The position numbers were made by a program, and so were the translations under genes. 32,000 nt of DNA from Micrococcus luteus NCTC 2665. GTDB taxonomy: Bacteria; Actinomycetota; Actinomycetes; Actinomycetales; Micrococcaceae. The DNA lies in assembly GCF_000023205.1 (NCBI RefSeq), contig NC_012803.1, forward strand, positions 330,001 to 362,000. Direction: 5' to 3'. The notes under the pieces are model-generated. The model saw nothing but the letters and a program-made list of their open reading frames with translations. It was not told where the DNA came from and made no database searches. Below, one piece after another: positions 1-9,115 of this stretch (positions are counted from its first letter, which is position 1; the number at the start of each line of letters is the position of its first letter).

Positions 1-2
1 CG

Positions 3-104
3 CTGCAGGTCCTCACGCTCCAGGACGGGGCCGAGGTGCCGGCCGGTGAGTTCCGCTACCCGCCCGCGTTCGGGGCGGAGAACGCGCAGGTCGTCGGCCG
101 CTGA
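3..104 (+). CDS. 3' end of an unidentified CDS entering from upstream of the window (...FRYPPAFGAENAQVVGR*)
   Basis: Frame 3 is open from the window edge to TGA at 102-104. Third-codon positions are almost all G/C, as in the real genes here. It is convergent with the TetR gene. Too short to assign a family. Confidence 0.35.
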   Translation: MQVLTLQDGAEVPAGEFRYPPAFGAENAQVVGR

Positions 105-114
105 GGGCCCGGTC

Positions 115-729
115 TCAGTCCAGGAGTCGGCGCACGGCGGCGAGCGTCCGTTCGGCCTCGGCCGGCTCGGCCGTGAGCCGCGCGATGACCTCCGCGAGGT
201 CCGTGCGCAGGCTGGCCTCGGCGTCGTCGGCCGGGGCGTGGAGCCACGCCCGCAGGGCGCGGTTGTGGACGGCCACCACGGCCGCCGCCAGCCCGACGGC
301 GATCCCGCCGCGCACGGGCGTGTCCGGCAGGGCCGTGGCGAGCCAGCCGGAGAACAGCTCCGTGTAGCGGTGCGAGGTGAGCAGCTCGCGCGTGCGCAGC
401 GCCTGGGAGCCGCGCAGCAGGCGGGAGCGCGCCCGGGCCCGGTCCGGATCGGCGGTGTGATGCCGGAAGACCTGGAGGACTGCCTCCTCCAGGGCCTCCC
501 GCACGCCGAGGGAGGTGCCGCGCAGGAAGTCGTCCAGGCGGGCGAGCAGCGCCGCGTGGTCGGCGAAGACCACCTCCTCCTTCCCGCCGAGGTGGCGGAA
601 GAAGCTGGCCCGGCTCATGCCGGCCTGGCGGGCGAGCTGGTCGGCCGTGACGGCGTCGTAGCCCTCGCGGTCCAGCAGGTGGATCAGGGCGGTGAGAGTG
701 TCCTCGGCGGGCGTCGTCATGCGGGCCAT
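115..729 (-). CDS. TetR/AcrR-family transcriptional regulator (204 aa)
   Basis: ATG at 729..727, TGA at 117..115. The N-terminal HTH 'YDAVTADQLARQAGMSRASFFRHLGGKEEV' is TetR-like. It is divergent from the acyl-CoA dehydrogenase gene. The 715-aa track ORF 115..2262 is an upstream run-on antisense to that gene. Confidence 0.85.
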   Translation of the reverse strand: MARMTTPAEDTLTALIHLLDREGYDAVTADQLARQAGMSRASFFRHLGGKEEVVFADHAALLARLDDFLRGTSLGVREALEEAVLQVFRHHTADPDRARARSRLLRGSQALRTRELLTSHRYTELFSGWLATALPDTPVRGGIAVGLAAAVVAVHNRALRAWLHAPADDAEASLRTDLAEVIARLTAEPAEAERTLAAVRRLLD

Positions 730-846
730 GGTGCCACGGGCGCGGCTCAGGAGTGAGACTGCGTCTGATTCTGTGAGATGGCGTGTCAGTCGGTGTAGGG
801 TGATGACAGACACATCCATCTCTCCGACCCCGCCCGGGAGGCCACC

Positions 847-2061
847 ATGACCGAGACCCTGCCCACCGTCGAGCCCGAGTACGACGTCGCCACGCCGCTG
901 GACACCGACTTCTACCTGGCGCTCGCAGACGTCTCCGACGCCGAGAAGGACGTGTGGCGTCGGGCCCGCGCCTTCGCGCTCGAGCCGGACGTGCTGCCCC
1001 GGATCCGGGAGGCGTGGGACCGCCACGAGTACCCGCTGGACCTCGTGGCCCGCCTGGGGCAGGCCGACCTGCTGCGCGACGGCGTCCCCGTGGACGGGCT
1101 GCCCGACGTCTCCCGCGTGGCCGCGGGCCTGGCCATGATGGAGCTCTCGCGGCTGGACGGCTCGATCGCCACGATGACGGGCGTGCAGGGCGGTCTGGCC
1201 ATGCGCTCGATCCAGCTGTGCGGCAGCGAGGAGCAGCGTGCCGAGCACCTGCCGGCCATGGCGCGCGGCGAGCTCTACGGCGCCTTCGCGCTCACGGAGC
1301 CGACCCACGGCTCCGACTCGGTCTCGCTGGAGACCCGCGCCGAGCGCGTCGACGGCGGCTGGCGGCTGCACGGGCACAAGAAGTGGATCGGCAACGGGGC
1401 CGCCGGCGGCGTGACCGTGGTGTGGGCGCGCAGCGCCGAGGACGAGAAGGTCCGCGGGTTCATCGTGCGCCAGGAGTCCGAGGGCTACACGGCCGAGGTC
1501 ATCAAGGGCAAGGTCGCGCTGCGGGCCATCGACCAGGCCCACATCACCCTCGACGGCGTGTTCGTGCCCGATGCCGACGTCCTGCCCGAGGCCCGCTCCT
1601 TCAAGGACACCTCCCGCGTCCTCTTCGCCACGCGCGTGGGGGTCGCGTGGTCCGCCCTCGGGAAGGCCGTGGGCTGCTACGAGGCGGCGGTGCACTACGC
1701 GGGGCAGCGCGTCCAGTTCGGCCGGCCGCTGGCGGCGGCCCAGAGCGTGCAGACCCGCCTGGCCGAGATGCTCTCCCAGCTCACCCAGGTGCAGCTGCTC
1801 GTGCTGCGTGCGACCCGGCTCGAGGACGAGGGGCGGCTCACCGGGCCGATGGCGTCCCTGGCCAAGTACTCGGCGACGCGCGCCGCGCGGTCCATCGCCG
1901 CGAACGCGCGCGACCTGCTCGGTGGCAACGGCATCCTCATCCAGAACGAGGTGGCCCGCCACTTCGCGGACATCGAGGCGATCCACACCTACGAGGGCAC
2001 CGAGACCGTGCAGGGGCTGATCATCGGCCGCGAGATCACGGGGGTCGGCGCGTTCGTGTGA
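847..2061 (+). CDS. acyl-CoA dehydrogenase family protein (glutaryl-CoA dehydrogenase-like), 404 aa
   Basis: GGGAGG Shine-Dalgarno about 7 nt before the ATG. ACAD motifs 'FALTEPTHGSDS' and the C-terminal 'IHTYEGTETVQGLIIGREITG' are present. High GC3. Confidence 0.9.
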   Translation: MTETLPTVEPEYDVATPLDTDFYLALADVSDAEKDVWRRARAFALEPDVLPRIREAWDRHEYPLDLVARLGQADLLRDGVPVDGLPDVSRVAAGLAMMELSRLDGSIATMTGVQGGLAMRSIQLCGSEEQRAEHLPAMARGELYGAFALTEPTHGSDSVSLETRAERVDGGWRLHGHKKWIGNGAAGGVTVVWARSAEDEKVRGFIVRQESEGYTAEVIKGKVALRAIDQAHITLDGVFVPDADVLPEARSFKDTSRVLFATRVGVAWSALGKAVGCYEAAVHYAGQRVQFGRPLAAAQSVQTRLAEMLSQLTQVQLLVLRATRLEDEGRLTGPMASLAKYSATRAARSIAANARDLLGGNGILIQNEVARHFADIEAIHTYEGTETVQGLIIGREITGVGAFV

Positions 2062-2085
2062 GATGACGCGAGCGGGGGGCGGCGT

Positions 2086-2161
2086 GAGCCAGAGATTTCT
2101 GCTGGTACGCACGCCCCCCTGCCGCCGATTCGTCTGGCTCGGTGGCCGATTCGTCTGGCTC
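2086..2161. repeat. Repeat cluster downstream of the DUF559 gene: outer inverted-repeat arm GAGCCAGAGATTTCTGCTG (2086-2104) plus two 17-bp direct repeats GCCGATTCGTCTGGCTC (2124-2140, 2145-2161; 21-bp period)
   Basis: Read directly from the sequence. The arm at 2086-2104 is the reverse complement (17/19) of 3273-3291. The second direct repeat overlaps the DUF559 stop codon. Confidence 0.8.
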
Positions 2162-3101
2162 ACGCAGGCAGAGGGAGCCGCAGGTGGGCGGCGAGGTCGC
2201 GCAGCAGGGCGTCGAGACCGCGCCGAGTGAAGACGCTGGCGGTCACGCGCAGCACGATCCACCCCTCGGCCTGCATCCGGCGGTCGCGCTCGATGTCACG
2301 GCGCCACTGCCGCGGGTCCGTCCGGTGATGATCGCCCTCGTACTGCACGCAGACGCGCGCCTCCCGCCACACCAGGTCCGGCCGGACGGTGGACCCGTCA
2401 CTCAGCAGAAGCAGCGGATTCACCTCCGGCCCTGGTACGCCCGCGTCGGTCAGCGCCAGTCGCAGGAGCGTCTCGGCCCTCGAATCCGCGCCGTCCCTGA
2501 GCAGCGGCAGGGTCGCCCGCAGGGTCCGCGTCCCTCGCCGCCCACGGACCCGCAGCACCTCCGCCTCCAGATCGCGCACGGTGCACCGTGGATGCTCGCC
2601 GGGGCGACACCGGCCCGCCGGGCCGTCAGCCCGTTGCAGCAGGCTGTCCCCGGCGGCGACGACGTCGGCCAATGGCAGACCCAGCTGCGCCAGGGCCGCC
2701 CAGGTGGCGGCCGGCGTCGTGATCCGCACCCCGGCACGCACCAGCACGGGGTCCTGCGGGTGCAGCTCATGCCCGACGACGCCGCTGCGGCGCGGCGCCC
2801 CGCCCTCGGCCCGCGTGCGCGCCAGATGGATGGGGCCGCGTTCCCACTGCCGCGGCAGCCACATCCCCCAGAGGCGAGCGGCGGTGGCGTGGGTGGCCGC
2901 GGTGCCGGGGTTCGTCCGCTGGAGGGCGCGGACGACGTCGGCCAGTGAGGGCTGACCCCCGGCGAGGTGCCGCAGCCCGTGGTGCGGGGCGTCGAACCGG
3001 GGGCCGCGCAGCTGCGAGGCCGTCAGACCGGCCTGCAGCCCCGCGGCGACCGGGAAGACGGGGCTGAGGGCGTCGTCGTCGTGCGGAGGAGGGGCGACCA
3101 T
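2160..3101 (-). CDS. DUF559 (Vsr-like endonuclease fold) domain protein with an AbiEi-like N-terminal region, 313 aa
   Basis: The C-terminal 'VCVQYEGDHHRTDPRQWRRDIERDRRMQAEGWIVLRVTA' matches the DUF559 tail pattern. The N-terminal 'LTASQLRGPRFDAPHHGLRH' resembles the usual partner domain. ATG at 3101..3099. Confidence 0.7.
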   Translation of the reverse strand: MVAPPPHDDDALSPVFPVAAGLQAGLTASQLRGPRFDAPHHGLRHLAGGQPSLADVVRALQRTNPGTAATHATAARLWGMWLPRQWERGPIHLARTRAEGGAPRRSGVVGHELHPQDPVLVRAGVRITTPAATWAALAQLGLPLADVVAAGDSLLQRADGPAGRCRPGEHPRCTVRDLEAEVLRVRGRRGTRTLRATLPLLRDGADSRAETLLRLALTDAGVPGPEVNPLLLLSDGSTVRPDLVWREARVCVQYEGDHHRTDPRQWRRDIERDRRMQAEGWIVLRVTASVFTRRGLDALLRDLAAHLRLPLPA

Positions 3102-3195
3102 GCCGCCAGCCTCCCCGTCCGTGGGAGGACCCGGTGCCGCGACGGCGAGGGCCGTGGAGGGCGAGCCGGGCCGGCGGCCCTGTGCAGGAGCCGCT

Positions 3196-3291
3196 GAATC
3201 GTCTGGCTCACGTCCCCCACGCGTCCGGGCGGCGCTGAGCCAGACGAATCGGTCGTGACAGCCCCCTCAGAACAGCAGAAACGTCTGGCTC
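3196..3291. repeat. Repeat cluster upstream of the DUF559 gene: GAATCGTCTGGCTC (3196-3209), inverted GAGCCAGACGAATCGG (3237-3252), and the outer inverted-repeat arm CAGCAGAAACGTCTGGCTC (3273-3291)
   Basis: Read directly. The 10-mer CGTCTGGCTC or its complement occurs at 2131, 2152, 3200, 3237 (reverse complement) and 3282. Confidence 0.8.
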
Positions 3292-3350
3292 GCGCCCGTC
3301 GCAGCGTGCTGGCGCGTGCCGTCACAGCGTGTCGGCGCACCCGGCTCCCC

Positions 3351-4760
<1,410 letters not shown>

Positions 4761-4818
4761 TCAGAGGCGAGTACACTGGACATCACGGGACGCGCTTCGG
4801 CGTCTTCCGTCCAACCGG

Positions 4819-4840
4819 ACCCCCGCCTTCGAGCGGGGGT
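4819..4840. terminator. GC-rich hairpin (8-bp stem ACCCCCGC/GCGGGGGT, 6-nt loop) at the left edge of the island
   Basis: It lies 16 nt downstream of the stop of the minus-strand gene ending at 4856. On the plus strand it is followed by TTCGTGTGTCTGCGTT. It could terminate transcripts from either direction. Confidence 0.5.
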
Positions 4841-4855
4841 TTCGTGTGTCTGCGT

Positions 4856-5484
4856 TCAAGGGGTCCAGACGTAAGAGTGCTGACGGATCTTGTTCAGCGA
4901 TCGGCCGATGGCGTTCATTCGGCGAACGGCATCGCGGTGGCGCTCAGTGACATGGCGGCGGCGCTGCTCGAAGTACGTCAGGACGTCCACGGCCTGCAGC
5001 AGGCGGCTCTGGTTCGAAGGGCCGAAGTACATCGTGTCCAACAGGTGGTCGAGTGCTCCGTCGGAGAGGCCCTGGACCGAGGCGGCTCGCATGCGTCGGT
5101 AGGTCAGACGGCTGTCATCGCGGAGGTGGTGGTCATCGGCGATCACCAGGAGGCCGTCCGCACGCAGGGACGTCCTCCGGTGCACGCGGTTCAAGAGCTG
5201 AGCGGACACCACGATGTGCGGTTTGGCGTCTTCCCATCCAGGCCGCTGACGCAGCCTGTCGACGTCGACACCCTGGAAGCCGAACCACGGGGTGTGCGCG
5301 GCGATGAGTTCGACGGCGCGTTGGCTGGCCCATGCGCGGACGCCGACGGGGGCGGCAGTCCAGTCGTCCTTGCCGTTAAACACCGCAGGCCATGGAACTC
5401 GAGCTGCTCCGGCACCGCCTGCGGGTGGTCGGCTCGGAGCTGTGCATGGAGCTGGTCCAGGTCCCTTGCCTGCCTGTCCCTCAA
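4856..5484 (-). CDS. Hypothetical protein, third gene of the RM-linked operon. Probable frame change near 5385-5398, so it may be a pseudogene; otherwise a GTG start at 5385.
   Basis: A long GC3-rich frame runs from about 5398 down to TGA at 4856. Upstream, a different GC3-rich frame opens at TTG 5484, overlapping the native stop of gene 2. The track ORF start at 5581 lies inside the IS256 inverted repeat and is an artefact. I recognise no family. Confidence 0.5.
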
Positions 5485-5538
5485 TCAGTCGCTTCAGACT
5501 CTTTCCCACTTGTCGCTGAGAGCCGACCCTGGTGGTCG

Positions 5539-6963
5539 AGTAGTGCCCCATAGAGTGGTGTAGCGCACGGTGACTGGGCACGTCGTTCCGGATGTGGACG
5601 CGGCCACCGTGTGATCCTTCGAGTCAACCTTCCACAGAATCCTCGAACGGAGTCATCACGATGACCGCTCCTCATATTGTCGACCCTGCCGGCCTGCTCG
5701 GCGAAGCCCTGTCCGAAGCATCCCCGGATTTGATGCGTTCGTTGCTGCAGACCGTGATCAACTCCCTGCTCTCCGCTGACGCCGACGCGGTGGTCGGCGC
5801 CGAATGGGGTAAACCCACCCCGGGCCGAGCTACCCAGCGCAACGGGTACCGGCACCGGGACCTGGACACCCGGGTCGGGACCCTGGACGTGGCGATCCCC
5901 AAACTCAGGTCGGGCACGTACTTCCCGGAGTGGCTGCTCGAGCGCCGCAAAAGGGCCGAATCCGCGCTGATCACGGTGGTCGCCGACTGCTACCTGGCCG
6001 GGGTCTCGACCCGGCGGATGGACAAACTGGTCAAGACCCTCGGGATCAACGCGCTGTCGAAGTCCCAGGTCTCGCGGATGGCCACCGAGCTGGACGAGCA
6101 GGTCGAGTCCTTCCGTCATCGCCCGCTCGGGGAGGCTGGGCCGTTCACGTTCGTGGCCGCCGACGCGCTGAGCATGAAGGTCCGCGAGGGCGGCCGGGTG
6201 GTCAACGCCGTGGTGCTGCTGGCCACCGGGGTCAATGGTGACGGCCACCGCGAGGTCCTCGGCCTGCGGGTGGCCACCTCGGAGACGGGGTCGGCGTGGA
6301 ACGAGTTCTTCGCCGACCTGGTGGCCCGGGGCCTGACCGGAGTCCGCCTGGTCACTTCCGACGCCCACACCGGGCTCAAGGACGCCATCGCCGCGAACCT
6401 GCCCGGAGCGACCTGGCAGCGGTGCCGGACCCACTACGCGGCGAACCTGATGGGCATCACCCCCAAGTCCATGTGGCCGGCCGTGAAGGCCATGCTGCAC
6501 TCGGTGTATGACCAGCCCGACGCCGCCAGCGTGGACGCCCAGTTCGACCGGCTGCTGGACTACGTCAGCGAAAAGCTGCCCGCGGTGGCCGAACACCTCG
6601 ATGGTGCCCGGGCGGACATCCTGGCGTTCACCACGTTCCCCAAGGACGTGTGGACCCAGATCTGGTCGAACAACCCGGCCGAACGGCTCAACCGCGAGAT
6701 CCGGCGTCGCACCGACGCCGTGGGCATCTTCCCGAACCGGGCAGCGATCGTGCGCCTGGTCGGGGCGGTGCTGGCTGAGCAGACCGATGAGTGGGCCGAG
6801 GGCCGCCGCTACCTCGGCCTCGAGGTGTTGGCCCGCTGCCGCCTCACCACCGTGGACGACACCGGGAACGAGGTGAACGCCGAACCGGAAACCACCCTCG
6901 AACTCAGCGCCTAACAGCACCAATGGAGGATCAGAGCGTTACACCACTACTCGGGACTTGACC
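5539..6963 (+). mobile_element. IS256-family insertion sequence (1425 bp)
   Basis: Imperfect 30-bp terminal inverted repeats (AGTAGTGCCCCATAGAGTGGTGTAGCGCAC versus the reverse complement of 6934-6963, 20/30 identical). Flanked by a perfect 8-bp direct repeat GGTGGTCG at 5531-5538 and 6964-6971. Confidence 0.8.
5661..6914 (+). CDS. IS256-family (Mutator-type) transposase
   Basis: Typical IS256 transposase sequence: 'GYRHRDLDTRVGTLDVAIPKLRSGTYFPEWLLERRKRAE', 'LVTSDAHTGLKDAI', 'WQRCRTHYAANL', 'SNNPAERLNREIRRRT'. ATG at 5661 is preferred over the track ORF start at 5592. Confidence 0.9.
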   Translation: MTAPHIVDPAGLLGEALSEASPDLMRSLLQTVINSLLSADADAVVGAEWGKPTPGRATQRNGYRHRDLDTRVGTLDVAIPKLRSGTYFPEWLLERRKRAESALITVVADCYLAGVSTRRMDKLVKTLGINALSKSQVSRMATELDEQVESFRHRPLGEAGPFTFVAADALSMKVREGGRVVNAVVLLATGVNGDGHREVLGLRVATSETGSAWNEFFADLVARGLTGVRLVTSDAHTGLKDAIAANLPGATWQRCRTHYAANLMGITPKSMWPAVKAMLHSVYDQPDAASVDAQFDRLLDYVSEKLPAVAEHLDGARADILAFTTFPKDVWTQIWSNNPAERLNREIRRRTDAVGIFPNRAAIVRLVGAVLAEQTDEWAEGRRYLGLEVLARCRLTTVDDTGNEVNAEPETTLELSA

Positions 6964-7450
6964 GGTGGTCGCGGGACCAGCGGTCGCCAGCGGCGTCGGT
7001 GAAGGTGAAGGCGGTCACCCGGAACCGTTCGGCGTTGGTCAGCGGCCGGGGGACCACGTCCAGTTCATCCGCCTGGACGCCGTAGCCCCACTCGTTCTTG
7101 CTCAGTTCGAAGTAGGTGCGTCCTGGAGGCAGCATGGCGGCGGTGAGATCGGGAACGGGATACTTCGACGCCACCGTGGCCCGTGCCCCGTAGACCGGGA
7201 CCTGGGAGGAGTTCTCCACGGCGAGGAACCAGCGCCGCGTGGGTGGGGCGCCGAACTCGTCATTGATCCGGGCGGCGACGCACATCCACGCGGCGACCTG
7301 GCGTGCCTGTTCCTGCTTTTCGCGCAGGTCCTGCCGCTCGTCGCGGCCCTTCTCGATCTGGCGCAACCGCCACGACTCCACGGCGGACCATGCCGCGGCC
7401 AGGAGCGCCAACACGGAGACCACGAGGGCGATGACGTTCGCAGCGTCCAT
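6947..7450 (-). CDS. Small membrane-anchored hypothetical protein (167 aa as found, 178 aa before the IS256 insertion), second gene of the RM-linked operon
   Basis: N-terminal hydrophobic helix 'VIALVVSVLALLAAAWSAV', then a charged helix, then a beta-rich region. High GC3. Its ATG shares one base with the stop of the upstream methyltransferase gene (TGATG, 7448-7452). The last 5 codons and the stop are supplied by the IS256 end. Confidence 0.65.
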   Translation of the reverse strand: MDAANVIALVVSVLALLAAAWSAVESWRLRQIEKGRDERQDLREKQEQARQVAAWMCVAARINDEFGAPPTRRWFLAVENSSQVPVYGARATVASKYPVPDLTAAMLPPGRTYFELSKNEWGYGVQADELDVVPRPLTNAERFRVTAFTFTDAAGDRWSRDHRSSPE

Positions 7451-9115
7451 CAGAACATCTCCTCCTGCGCAGTGGAGAAGTCCCGCTTGATCGTCTTGGG
7501 AACCTTCCGTTCGGCCGGGGTCGGTTCGGGGAGTTCGTTCGCCGGGATCAGGTCTCCGGCGAGGATCTCGTCCAAGAGGTCTGCCTGGTCACCGCCCAGT
7601 GACACGGTCTCGGTCAGCACTCGGAGCAGATCGAGCAGCTCGTCGTTCCACTCGTCTGCCCACTCAGTGGGGCGGATACGGTCCAGCGGGGTGGCCGCCT
7701 TGCCGGCGGCGCGGCCGATGCCGGTGGCCGTCCTGGCGCCGAGCCACTTGTCCAGGATGTTCATGCCGGACACGGTGAAGGCCCTGACCTCCGGGCTCAC
7801 GCCGGTGACGACGCCGTCCCCCACCGTCAGACGCTGGGTGGCAGGGTCGTAGGACACGGCCCGCGGGGAGGCAGGCAACGCCGTCACGGGGGCTTCCCAA
7901 CCCAGGCCAGGAATGCGGGGTACGCGGCCGGCGGGGCGATCTGCACCGGTGAACCGCTCCCCGTAGGTCTGCAGCCACAGCAGACGTTCACCCAGCTTCA
8001 CGGCACGGGTGAACAGGTCAGGGTCGGCAGTCAGCGGCACGCGGACGGGGCTGCCCTCCAGGGCTTCGTCGAACCGCTGGACGTAGGCGTCGTGGCCGGC
8101 GACGCCCATGACATAGGCGGCCAGGTCTTCCGGCGTGACCTCTCGGCCGTAGCGCTCCCCCAGCAGCGGGAGCAGCCCGCCGGTGACGTTGGGCTGAGCG
8201 GCTTCAGCGTCCCGGTAGAGGGGGATGACGTCCTTGCCGCCGTAGGAGCCGACGAAGTAGTGCTTGTCCGGCACGGCCGTGGCCACGGTCACGGCGGGGC
8301 CACCGCTGATGCGGGCTGTCCTAGGGGAGACAAAGAACAGCTGGCGGTCCGACAGCGCTTGCCAGAGTGCGGGGCTGTCCGTCTTCGCCAACCGGGGGTC
8401 GTCGAAGGTCCACTGGCGGTCGAAGGAGCGCCACGCCACCCGTGTGATCGGCCGGTGCTCAGCGTCGGCGGGCAGCGCCGCCAAGGGGGTCAGGCCGCTC
8501 ACGGCGGTGTGGATGGTGCGCCCAGAGTGGCCCGTCACATACTTCTCCGCACGGGCGTCCGCGGACGGGTCAGCCAACAGCTCTCGCCACCGCCGTTGCA
8601 AGGTGTCCTGATCCGGGGCCACGGGCCAGGCGCGGTTGTACATCATCCCCGGCTGCTGCCAGGGGAAGAGGTCCGCCAGGGCGGGCATCGCCGCCCAGTC
8701 CTCCCCGCCGCTGGCCGGTGCCAAGGGGTCGCCCGCCCCACCGGGCAGGCACTCCCATGTGCCGTCGTCGGGATCCAACCGGGCCACCTCGTCCAGGGCC
8801 GCGAACTTCTCCGCGCGCGTGCCCCGGAAGCGCCGGTAGTACACGGACGCTTCCCGGGCGGCCTTGCCGGTGCGCACCAGAGTCACGATCGCCACCGGGG
8901 TCTGGATGTCGAAGACGTTCTCCTCCTGGCGTGCCCCGCGGCCCTCGCCGCCAAGGTCCATCACCCAGATCTCACTGGCCGTCCGACGGGCCAGATCGCG
9001 CAGACCCACAAAGGCCGGGCCGGTCAGCCACGAGGACGCCGTGATGAAGGAGATGATCGCCTGGTCCCCGGGGTCCTGCTGGAACGCCTTCCAGATGGCC
9101 CACCGCCAGAAATAC
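7450..9115 (-). pseudogene. C-terminal fragment (551 native codons) of a type IIG / 'type ISP C-domain' restriction-modification enzyme, separated from its N-terminal part by ISL3
   Basis: Native sequence resumes at '...YFW|RWAIWKAF...'. It contains 'VAWRSFDRQWTFDDPRL', which I associate with the type ISP/IIG target-recognition C-domain. The first 57 codons of track ORF 7450..9288 are read-through from IS DNA. Confidence 0.8.

Noticed and set aside
115-2262. 715-aa minus-strand ORF spanning the TetR gene and the whole acyl-CoA dehydrogenase region
   Set aside because: Only the last 204 codons (TetR) are convincing. The rest is antisense to a clearly real ACAD gene and reads as Arg/Pro/Gly-rich shadow sequence, as is typical of high-GC DNA.
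5539-5581. ATG at 5581 as the start of the 241-aa ORF
   Set aside because: It lies inside the IS256 left inverted repeat, so it cannot be the native start of the flanking gene.
5481-6923. 480-aa minus-strand ORF antisense to the IS256 transposase
   Set aside because: It is antisense shadow of the transposase. Only its last 17 residues (DHQGRLSATSGKESEATD) are meaningful, as the displaced native C-terminus of the small membrane protein.
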